Source of the DNA: Raillietiella orientalis
Taxonomy: Eukaryota
Direction of reading: 5' to 3'
DNA length: 64,000 nucleotides
Assembly: GCA_036172245.1 (NCBI GenBank)
Contig: JAYWIR010000046.1
Span: 1,364,001-1,428,000 of the forward strand
Each line of letters begins with the position of its first letter. The first letter of the stretch is position 1. The notes beneath the pieces are model-generated. The model had not been told where the DNA came from, made no database searches, and worked only from the letters and a program-made list of their open reading frames with translations. The position numbers were made by a program, and so were the translations under genes. This document shows positions 24,336 through 36,300 of this stretch, piece by piece.

Positions 24336-27300
24336 CTGGAAGGACGGAGACGTGGAAGAGGGAGACACTCTCTGAGGCTAGCAGCGTCCTGGCGCTCCCA
24401 TCGCCGGGTTCTTTCCGATCCTCTGCAGTCCGTTCCTCTACATGTCTTACTTCTCACCCCTCTCCCCTCCCTTTCCCCTTGTTGCATCGTCGTTTTCGCT
24501 GCTCTTGATCTCCGGCGTCGCTGCTTCCCTTCATCATTGTTGGCAGCTTTGCTGGTGTTGCTGCCTTCTCTGCAGTCTCCATGATGTCTTTTTGCTTGTT
24601 GCGACCGTCGTCCTTGTCCTCATTGTTCTTAACGTCGGCGCTGCCTTTTCTTCCAAAGGACCGCGGAGGATTCGAAAACTCCGCGGGGAGTGATGGTGCG
24701 GAGCTGCGCTCACTGCATGCATCACCAGCGGCGCGAGGAGCCAATGGCGCGCATCTCTGCCCGTTCCCAGGGACTCAGTTATGAGCCGAACCCTCTCATC
24801 CCGCCTTGGAGAAAGTGAGGGTCCCGCAAGAATTGCTTCTGCGTCTTCCAGAAAAGGAAGTCGTAAAGACTCCAAGATCGTAAGAGGGGTCTTGCAGAGC
24901 ACTTGGTCGATCCCCTTGGCTGATTCAAGCTCAGAGGTGGGAATGTTCTTTTTCCCTTCCATTCACGTTGTAAATCTGTGCCTGCCGATGACTCCGACAG
25001 CCATGTGGAGGAGGGACCTTTCCTTGCTGTTTCTCTGGTTCCCCAAAGAGCAGGTCACTATCCTGCCTCCCCCCCTCCCTTTCTTTGAAGACCAGCGACC
25101 TGCTGGATCTTGAAAGAGCTCTTCTGAGGTCACCAGAGAGAAGTAGGTCTCCCTTCCTTGACCCCACGAGATCCCGTGGCGCCCTACCTTCCGTCCACTC
25201 CCCGTGTGAGACGATTCTAGCGGAGCTGTTGGTGTCCCTGCTGATCTTCACGGGGTCGCCCCGACCCACCTCGTTGACCGGATACACCTCGACCAAGTAG
25301 CTGCTGCCGTTGGCACCGATGTCGTGGATGTGGAACTCGGGATGCCGGCTGCTGAAGCTCCTCGTCACCACCATCGTCTCTTGGTCGATGACCTCGGCCA
25401 CGAAGTGCTGCGAGGAGCCCCCGTCGTGGCCTTCCGAACACAGCACATGCAGAGAACATGGGGAGTCCCCTCCTTCCAGGGAACAGTTCTGCAGTGATTC
25501 GGGAGCTCCTGGAAAGCCACGCAGCTGATCGTTGGGCAACTCGCGTGGAGCCGCGCAGCGCTCGGAGGGGGTGGGGTAGAGTGGGAGCGAAAGAAGCGAG
25601 GCGGCTTTGAATCCCTCGCCCGTAGCCTCCGGCCTCGGAGAGGGCGCAGGGGAAAAGTCCCTGTCCCTCGCTTCGGGATACCGGGGCAAGGAGTTCATCT
25701 GGTTGCGCACACCAGACGTGCTGCCAACGCGCCTCCGGAGAGTGTGACTTGTAGGTCAGCGAGGGCCTTGTCGGAGTCTTCCAGTCTCCCACATCACTTC
25801 TGGAGCTTTGTGGCGGAGACATCGGACCGGAGGAGGAGACGGTCACCACGCGACTGCCGCCACTCGCAGAGACTTCCGAAACGCCTGTGCGGCGGCAGCA
25901 ACAGCAGCAAATCCTCCTCATCCTCTCACCTCCATGACCTCTTTTCTGGACGGCGCAAGCTAACTTCCCCCCTTTCAAAGGAAGCATGCCAGAGGACCTA
26001 CGCCACCCCAGAACCCTGGATGCGTGTGGGCGGGGCGAAATCGCGGGTAGGGGAGGGAAGAAATTCGACTCGGAAGGGAGTCAGGAGGAAAGAGAACTCC
26101 CGCTCCGTTCTCGCGGGAAAAAGGAACGCCAGTGCCTCCACGATCCTTCTCTCAGAGAAAAGGAGCAGTTCGAAGGAGCAGAAGAAAGGGAAGGGGAAGG
26201 TCAGGGAACGCCGCGTGAGGGGCGGTGGGCTTCCCTGATCTGGCAGAGGACGGAAGAGGGGTAACTCCTCCACACGGGAAGGGCGGAGTGCGTGCTGCCC
26301 TCCTGCCACGGCAACTCACTTTTTCTCAGAATCTCGTAGGAGCAGGGCTCGTCCTGTTCTCCTGCCGCGTTGGTCCCCCAACACAGGAGCTGTCCGTAGT
26401 CCTCAGGTGCGCGGGCCCTGTAGGTCAAGGTGCTCCTCTTGTCCGCCATCCCGGGTGCCCATGACACGTTGGAGGATGCGCTCTGGAGCACCCACCGGAC
26501 GGAAGTGACTTCAGGGCGCGCTCGGACCAGGCAGGAAACCTCCACTTCCTCCCCGTCGGCGAGACGGTAGGAAGAGTCCTGGGCCGTCAGGCAGGAAGGC
26601 TTGTCTGGAAAGGGGAGGAATTCACCTTGAGCGAAAGGGAGGAGGGAGAAGGGACTTATTCCTCTCCACTGGAGGGAGGGGAAGAAGGAACGCCCCAGGC
26701 CGCTGTGCCGGAAAAAAGAGAAGCGATGGAGGTATAGGTGCCTTGTTCCCGGGAATGCTCAAAGGGATCCCTTCAGGCTCATTCATCAAATGTTTCCATT
26801 GACTTCCTGGGCACAACAGGCCTTCTCCCTAGAGATGCTCGGAGATCCCTATCTGCATCCCGGAGGCAACCCTGAGACCCCTGCCAGAAGACTCCACTGG
26901 GCTGCGAGGAGAGACCACGACTCCGCTCGCGGAAGGAACCACATGGCCATTGTGGGCGTCCTTGTGCTCGCACAAGACGCCTGCGCTCCTTTCCTCGTCT
27001 ACATGGAGGCGCGCGGTGCTGTCCTCGCGTTTCCGTGCGACAGCTGCGCACCATTTAGGGGGGAGGAGGACCAAAGCAGCAGGCGAGCGCGAGCGTTCGG
27101 GAGACTGCACGTGGGATCAGGGAGTGAACAGAAGGGACTACCTCTCTTTCCTGCTCCCCTTTCCCAGAGGCCTCTTCCTTTCCCGGGCAGCCCCCAAGAA
27201 GGGCGGGAAATTCCGGGTGATGGAGAACTGCCGCCTACCCCTAGAGCCTTTCCTTTGCTCCTTGCCTCGAGAGGCAGGTCTACCTATGACAGGGTCACAC

Positions 27301-30300
27301 GGAGTCGGAACTCCCTTTCAGGTCTCGAACTGAATCTCCCCTTCTGATCGCAGACTGCCGAGTCTCCTCCCTTGAGAGAGCCACATTCCTCCTGTGAGCG
27401 CCCAGGTTCCGTCGCGACCACGGTTGTGGGGAGGTCGCTCGTGACCCTCCCGGAGCGCGGTCAGCCGACGGCAGCAGGCTAGAGCTCGTCACCAAGGTCT
27501 CGCAAAAGGAGCATACCCACCGCCTGCGGCACCCGGACCGCGCTCGGCGCATTGTTGGGAGTCGTGAAGGGACGAGGTCGACTCCGGGCGACCCGCCACA
27601 GGCGCCTGTCGGAAAGTAAAGAGATGTGGGATGCCTGTGAGGCCATCAGAGACTACTCATTCCGTGGCTTCCAATTGGCAGCGAACGAGGAAGCTCCGCC
27701 CGGAGAACCCGACCGACAGAGGCGTCCGGGAGGCGGAGGGGAATTTCCGGAAAGAGGAAGCGGATCACTGCCTCCTGTCTGCATCGGCAGCGCCCCCGTT
27801 CCCCTTCCCTGTGAGACTCTATCGAGGACACTACCGCATCCCCGACCGCCACCTTCCGTGCGCTCCAGTCGTCAAGGACCCCGTTGCAGCCCCCGAGCTC
27901 CACCGTCAGTAGAACGACATAGGCGAGGGACATCTTTCGTGAGGCAGCGGCCGGAAGCGTCTGCTGCTACACTAAGCTCAGCAGACCCGCGCCTGCATCC
28001 CCTCTCCTTTCACTTGAGGTGAGGAAGTAGTTGGCGCGCAGGAGCCTCAACGGTGTGCGCGGACCCTGCGGTGGCAGTCGGCCCACCGTCTGACTCCGCG
28101 CACAGCGCATCGGCAGTGTCGCGACAAGCAGCAGAGACCCCTTCCAGCCAGGAATTCCTGCAAAGAAAGAGGACGGGGAGAATTAGAAGCGAAAAAGGAA
28201 AGCAAGGGGTCCAAGAGAAGGGATGATTCCGCATCCCTTGCCTTGGAGTCCTCGCCCATGCAACCAGCAGGCCTGAAATCCATCCAGGATTCCCCCCGCC
28301 TGGACTCTGAAAACAGGCCCTTCGCGGTTGCTGCAGCCACAGAAGCTTCCTGTGGCCCCTGAATCCCATTTCGTCCTCGCCTCCCCTGAGCGGTTGAGAG
28401 AGCTCTCTCGATACCCTGCGTTCGTACTTCCTTCCGCTTCCTGCTGCTGGGACGTCCCTTTTCTCTGAAACTCGGCAGCGTATCGGTGAAAGTGCGATCA
28501 GCCCGCCATTATTGTTGCTGGTTCTTCTCCCCCCCCCCTCTCCCCTCCCTCCAGGAAGTGCAGAAAGGGAAGGTCCGTCTCCGATCGAGCCGCTTTACGA
28601 AACTGATCGCGAGATGGCAGTCAGACTGGGACATGGGAGGGAAGGTGGCGGAAGGTTGCTTCGGTGGGCAAAGGCGGGGTCCATACTTACGCTGCACCTC
28701 CAGGACAGCCACGTCACTCTGGCTGGTGCCCTGCATGTTGGTCGCCTCGCAAGAGTATCTTCCGTCGATCCACCTGCTCGCATTCTTTATGGTCAGCATG
28801 TTGCCGGACCACTCGTACGCTGACCCTTCGGTTATGGGTTCGTTCTGGAAGCGAGAACTTGACTGTCAGACTCTCTGCGCTCCGTGGAGGAGCGGCCGCT
28901 CGTGGCCGCCCGAGATGGCGCCGAGATGGCTGCGCTGTCCGGGCCCCCCACGCCACGAGACTGAGAGTTCGACTGCGAGCATTCCAAGCGTCTTCGTGGC
29001 CAGGAACGACAGAAAAGAATCTCACGCGCGAGGAGGACCAAGGTGGACGCCCTTTCGCCAGCAACAGCCAGCGGAACAGACCTGTGAAAAATTTTCTACC
29101 GAAGATGCGATGCATGTCGTCGCAAGAACGTTGGGGCTGTAGGCTCAACGCGGGAAAATTCAAGGCGCCTTTCAGATTCTTAGAAACGATTTTGGGAATT
29201 TTTATTCGAGTATGGATGCAGTCCATTACGAGTCCATTCTAGACCGTGCTCTTCGAGCAAAAGTTCTTGACTGTGACCCTCTAGCGTTTAATGAAAGACC
29301 GCCCGGGAAAACATCCGCCCATTACGCTCACAATGCACTGAAATTCAGCGCAAGAGCAGGCAACGAACTTACGTTTCTCTTCCATGTCACTAGCATGATC
29401 GGAGGATTGGCTCGAATCTCGCATCTCAGAATAATGATGTCACCTTCGAGGATGGCTAAATGATTCGACGGTTTGACGTAAACCAGGGATATTCTCGGCA
29501 AATCTAAAATGATTTCAGCAATACACAATCCATCACAGCACTTTAGAGGGCAGAGGGCAGTTTCCGAAGAATTCCCAGAATGCCCAAAAGAGACACTCCA
29601 TTTTGTTCCAAAATTGCCGATGGGTAAAGAGGAATTCGAACACAAACACCTGCAACACTAAGGACACACAAACCTCTGGATAACAACTGCAGATTACAGA
29701 GTTCTAATGTGACCTATGAACTAGCTGTTGGTCACGCAGTGTGTTACGAATCTCTAACCAATTCCTGGATTGCTCTTATACACGAAAAAACAATGCAAAA
29801 CTTCCTTTGATCAGATGAAGACGAAAGGAAGAACGGAGGACTTCCCGGTTCAAGTGTTGGGGGAGATGGAGGCCTGCTGATTCAAATGGACGAAGGAGCT
29901 GTTAACGACGTCCGAGAGACGTAAACAGGAATGAGTTTGGAGACGAGCAGGATGGTGTGAGGGAGTCATGCTTTGACCACAAGGAACAATGCACATGGTG
30001 CAGCTTCCAACAAATCGAAGTGCCTGAGAGGATCCTTCTACGGTGAAATTTGTGATCAGGAAACTGTCGATTGCAATCTCAAATGAATAGGCTATATGGA
30101 AGCAAAGACAAATGCTGCTGGCAAACTGCTCAACTGTCTCGCTGGCAAACTGTCTCACTGCTTGACAGCACGACTGCTTCACCGCTTGGACCAATAGTCC
30201 TGTGAAAGATCCGAAAAACCTCCAATTTAAATTCCTCCGGAATCTCTAGCTAGCTCCCTGATCCGAGCAAAAATAACCAGCCCTGAAGCACGCAAAAACA

Positions 30301-33300
30301 ATCAGCCCTGGAGAAGTCGCTAGCGCGAAAATTATGCGTGCTGGGTACCATAATACTTTTTCTGGTCAAGACCAGCGCATAACAATTCAGGTTGGCTTTA
30401 GAAACCGCTCGGAAGCTATTGATGTGCTCCTGAGATGGTCCAAAAGTTTGAGATGTGTGTAGCAATTTAGCAGACGTAACAGCAGTGGAAACAGAATGCA
30501 GCCGTGGACGACGATGTGGAACTTAGCAGATTCATGATCCTTGCCCTTCAGTGTGCTGTTGGAGGGGATACGGTTTTCGTGATTCACTCTTCGTGGTTTC
30601 GTGTCTTCAAGAGCACTCCAGAGAACCCCGGTCGATGACTTGAGTCAAGGATGGAAAATTTAGACCGAAAGGAAAGGCACGCGGACTCGAGAACCGGGGA
30701 AACTCTGTTCCTCATAAAACTGCAACCTACACACCTGAAGAAGGGAAAGGAGAACCCTTATCACACACGGACGGGGTGGGTTTGCTCCCCTCTTCGACTT
30801 CCGATGCGCTTCGCACGAACTTCTTTCCCCTCTTTTATGTACTCTCGCCTTTTGCAGTTCCTGGCCTAATGCATGTAGGCATCACTCAAACGCGAGCGCT
30901 TCGTGAGAAACTACAACCTCTCCGTGATCCCCAATGGCCACGCACAAAGGACATGAACGTCGACTAGAATGCATGAAAGCGCGATGTTCTTCACTAATCG
31001 CGGTGTTCTGTTCCGTGGTTCCAGAGCGGGGGGATGGTTAAAGGGACAATAGCCAGAGCCACGGGCTTTTCCAACAGCAGCAAAGAACACACACGCGTTT
31101 CTTGTAGCCCTTCACAGCTCTTGCAAGCAGCCTGACTGTGTGTATAAAGATCCGGATGCTAAAGATGACTCGTCTGGAGGTATGCATAATGCCTACAAAA
31201 TTGTAAACGGGGTCGCAGTGACTATAAAAATGAGTAGGAGAATGAAATAAGACATCTCTTAGGAGAATGTGATTTCATTGAATTACGGATGGGCTCTCAA
31301 GGGAGGAGGGCGAGATTGTCATCTCTTAATGACGTGAAAGGAATGAGGTGAAAATGTTTTTCCCGCTTTAACTCTGTATGGAGAGGGTGAAAAAAGCCAC
31401 TGGAATTTGGAGAGTCTCCCTGCGCGTCCAGCTATGGAATGTCCAAATATTGAAAAAATTCCCAACGGATGAAAGAGCCTTTCGCGAGATGGAAAACCTT
31501 CGTGTGAGATGCAGGCGTGCTTGCAGTTTCGTTTCCAAGGATGTGCTGATCCAAAGGAGCTAAACTGTCTTCCGTACGCAATCCGCCGTGGCTAATACGG
31601 GGAAAGGGGGGAAAGAACAGAGGTAGTAAACTGAGAACGAAAGGACTCCCCTGGACGAAATTCCACAGACTCTCCCATTACCATGCTTGCCCGTTGTTCT
31701 CCCGTTCTTATCATGGAGTTCTGCGGACAAAGACGTGATTGAGGACTTGCAGAAAATTTCCGCAAAAGGAAAAATCAAATTTCTTCCCATGGTAGATTGT
31801 TGTTCGCTCTCTTTCTCTCTCTCTTGTTTTCATCCTCTTTTGAAAGCACGCTGCGTCTCCAAAATTAAATTATCCTCTCTTAGTTTCTCAACGGCTTCAT
31901 GTGGTCCACTCCTCCTGCACATATCATAAGCAAGCAACTCCCTGGGAGTGTAAGATGCAGGCGCTTCATTTTTCGTGTCCGAGAGGAACACTCGGCGTCG
32001 GTGAGAAGGGGGAAAAGGAGGAAACTGGTCCAGCGAGCACGGATATACTACCGGCGAAAGGATCACAACTGCCATGCAAGAGCTGGAGGACACTGCGATC
32101 TTCCTTGAGAGAGGGAAGCGCTGTAGAGATGCTGTAGAGATCCTCTTCGAAAACCGAAAGGACGCAAGATGACCGCGAGAGCGCAGAGAAGCAAGCGGCG
32201 AGCTGTGTAAAGAGCAGGAGCCAACCTCACCCGATCTGGAGAATCCCTCTGGAATCTCATCAGCACTCGCAAGCTCGTGAAAGCATCCTGGAACAAGAGA
32301 TGAAGTCTGCCGCCTCGCAAAGGCGGAGTCGGGAACCGCCAGAAGGATCCAGGAAGCTAAGGAGCTGAGCAGGCGACTTTTCCGAAACAAATCACTCCCC
32401 CTCTTCTCAAAGGTATAAACACAGGTTCCGAGGAGAACATAGCCAAAAGCAGACTCCTTCATTCACACGCATGCGTATCGGGGTGTTAATGCAGTCACCG
32501 ATTTACCTGCCGAATTTCTCTCAAAACGCAGTGAACACTAAATCAGTGTTGTCAAGACAACACAAAGACGGAGATGACCATAAATCTGGGCCATTATAGG
32601 ACGTTTCAAGAAGCAATAAACGACACATAAATCCCTACCCCCTGCAACAATAAGATTGCTTTTCTCTAACTGGAAATCAGGACTAGCAGTGGTTTGATGG
32701 TCTAAACCGATAGGAGAAGTTGAGGATGGTTGTCGGCCAAAGCTCGCCGTTGAACATGAAGAGGTCCCGCCCTGCTCCAATTGCACATGGACCCTTGAGC
32801 TTGAGCGCCCTCCATTTTTAGAAATTCCTTCGGAAAATTCGAAGGTTCTATCCTTCCCGCACACTCTCCCGCAATTCTCCTGCTGTGGTACGTCTTCCCG
32901 GCCCGTCAAATATTTCGCTCCTTCCCGCCCCAACCCCCCACTGCGGAAACCGGATAAACAAAAGGAGGGGCTACTCTGCTTCGGGAAAACGGATTCTGAA
33001 GCAACGGGAATGTCTAAGCACAGAAAACTTATGTCTTTGACAGCTGTTTGCTGGGAGTCACAAGAACAGCGAACTTCTAACAGAATCCTAAATAAATTCC
33101 ACTGCTGAGTTTTGGATCTCCGTGGCAACATGCAGTTCGATATCCCTAGAACATCCTGTGGTGACTAAGGAGCATCTGTTTCTCGTCACATCGGGAATTC
33201 TTTAAGGCATCCATCCAGCTGAGAGCCTAACGGCGCCTGCGAAACTCGAATCGGAGACTTAGACTCGCTCCATATCGGCAATTCCAAGCCGGAGCTTCCT

Positions 33301-36300
33301 GTTCCCGTTTAAACGGTTTTCATCAGTGGCTCTCGGGAGCATGAGAAGAGACCGCCTCTCCAGCCTCCGGGATGGATGCGGAGCGAACCGAGGTGGTACG
33401 CCGCCCTCACAGATCAACGAACCTCACCGAAGAGAACGTGGGCGAAAGCGTGGGAACCCAAAGAGAAGCTCCGGACAGAAATCCCAGCACGCCTCAACAA
33501 CCAACTCACGATGACGGTATCCCTAGAAACGCCCTCCGGTAGGAGTGCTTGAGCTTTGAATTTCCTGCTGCCTTCCCATTCTGGACCAACACCGGTGTTT
33601 CTTCAACGCCACTTGCGAGATGGAGCTCTGCCTCCCGGAAAAGTCGCTTCCCCCTCCAGAAAGATGTGCATCTAAGTAGATTCTCCCGAAACATTTCCTG
33701 TCAGACAATGCGAAACATGCGAGCTGCATAGCGACCTCTCTTTGCATCCCTATCTACCCTCCCGGAAACCTTGGCGATGGAAGCACATAGCAACGGTGGG
33801 AACCAGTACTCACAGTAGACTTTCAACACCCACACATCTCGAACTCCCTTCCCGGAAAGGGTGGACGAAACAGCATGACATGTCAGATTCTTCCCGTTGT
33901 CCAGATAATTCGGGGAAAACGTTGAAGTACTGATGGTGATGTTTTCCAGATAGGAAACCTAAAAAAGAAAACACAGTTAAATCGTTTAGCCATTTTTTTT
34001 TTTTTTTCCATCTTTCACGAGCAAATGGAGGCTGTCAAAGTTTTCTTGACCAGGTTTAAAAACTCGGTCCCACGGCTGAATCGGATGGCTGGAAATTTGG
34101 CTGTTTGCGGACGCAAACGATAAGACAATCATCGCTCTTAGGGTTTGCTTCACTCGCCTGGCTCCCGCTGAGGAACCTCGAAGGCTTACTCATGGGCTTT
34201 AACTCTGCAGGTGAGGGGAGCAGCAGAGCGGAGACGAACCCCAAAATCCAGAGCGTGGAACCCCAATGAATGACGCCACCCGAAAGCCGAACATTGAGAC
34301 GCTAAAATCAACTTGAAAACTAGAATGTTGAAATCAATGCAATGCACGCCTTTGGTGGAACTTGAAAATCCAAAGTACAGATTAGTGATTAATGACGAGT
34401 GGACTGGGAATCCTGTTTGCAACAAAACGATCCAATCGACGACACCAAAAAAACAAAGCACACACACAAACACGGCTCTATGCACAAAGCAGTAGGAAAT
34501 GTGAAATGAACAAAGCTAAATTGAATGAGCGGTGTGATTTCCAAAAAAAGATATGATCAATTAGCAGCTTGAAAAGGGAAAATCTTTTCAAGTTACTAAG
34601 TTGTAGAACCATTTTACAGTAGCTAAGAGATAGAAATGATTTTATAGAGAGTCTCTTTAAAAAAGAAAGCAGGCTCTTTTGCTAACGAACGATTTCGACT
34701 TGCATCCCTTGCATGACATATGCTTCACTAATGTATTTATTTCAAAAGAATGTAGTTTCATGATATATAGGAAATAGGTTTTGAGTTAAGTTGCATGACC
34801 ACTTAATTTTATCCAACTGAGACTTGATTGTGAGACGAACCTTTCCCTTGTTATTTGAAAGGGAGTCTTTGTTATTTGAAAAATAACAAAAAATACTTCT
34901 CTTAAAAACGCATGAACACTCGATTTACTTATCACCACTTTTAGACTTCATGACATACATGAAATCTTGAGATTTCTCAATAGTTTATTGAATTCGAAGA
35001 TGTCGAATTTATTTTCCCCTCGGTTCATGCAGTATGCTTGTCTACAGAAAGTCTACAAGTAGAGGAGAATCCTATTCTAAAGGACGAACAAATTGTGGCC
35101 CTTAACATTACGATCTTTTGAAAAGAAAAAAAATATATTACCAATTGTGCAATACTAGAATCTTTGTCAGCCTTACTGAAAACTCACTTCCCCAGTAAAT
35201 CGTTGTTTCGACAGACAGATTCACCGCATGCTTCAAAGAATGCTCATATGCAATTCCTTTACAGTTCACTTCAAATGTGGCTGCTCCTTGCTGGATATTC
35301 CGAAAGCCTGAACTACTTTCTGAAAGAAGCAACCTGTTGAAAAGTGGTGTGTGTTGTGCACGTGGTACATAGCATAGGTTTTAGGACTCACTGCAAAAGG
35401 TAACATTGTCTGATTCCGTCTGAGTTCTTTGAACAAGATACTCCCCACATTCTTCTCCTGATGATTAAATATTGGCTGATGAAGGCCAATATATATACAT
35501 ATATTCTTGCATTAAAGATGTCTTAGGCTACTCAAACACATATAATATTGAAAGTGATTCTAATTAAATCCAAAGATTCATGGAAACTGATTTCTCTGTT
35601 AGACAAGTTCATTTCATTAGGTCTGCCATCTTGTAACTCTGCAACATATTTATGGTAGGATGCAAATACCAGAAGCATTTGTGTTGATCATTCCGGGTAG
35701 CAAACAAATTGCCGTTGCAAACAGTCATCAAGGCAGAAGTGATTCATTGACGTATCAGATTTCAATGGGACGCTGGTGTTCACTGGACAGAATTCTTGAA
35801 ACGGCGCTAAACAAGAGATGCATCTCCACGATAGATCACAGCAAGAAAGCCACTTGAGTTTTGAAGCGTCTCTATCAAGCGTACTAAACTTCCCGGAAGA
35901 TTAAACTTATCTCCCTCTACGACTCGATTAACAAGCAAATCAACAAATGCCTATTTGGAAGTTTCAAGTGTTTCGCCTCTTCGCTGTTTTCAGTTATCAC
36001 GATCGACAGTACTGAGAATTCCGTAGAGCATTGCAAGGTGATGATGACACTTCTCATAGTAGAAAGAATGCCATGGATATAAGATTGCGACAACTCAAAA
36101 ATGCCGAAAAACTTTTACTGGTTATTATAATAATTAATGCCGTAAATTATTTATTTGGACAAAACGTTCCGTTGCAAAACTCTCACCATCCGTATCACTG
36201 GTATTACAAATCAATATTCCGAGGAGACCATAATATTGCTGTTCTTCCAGCAAGCCAAGTCCTATTTGGATGAGCTCCAAAACTGACAGGAAAACTACAC

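Noticed and set aside
24456..24700. Extra exon between FN3 and TM
   Set aside because: A donor is present but there is no good acceptor, and FN3 already joins the TM exon in frame.
21500..28500. Many overlapping 150-260 aa ORFs on both strands
   Set aside because: Shadow frames of the real exons or GC-rich chance ORFs.
35900..36290. Nested gene exon(s) in the AT-rich intron
   Set aside because: Splice-like sites exist but the joined frame hits a stop; the peptides resemble an APE relic.
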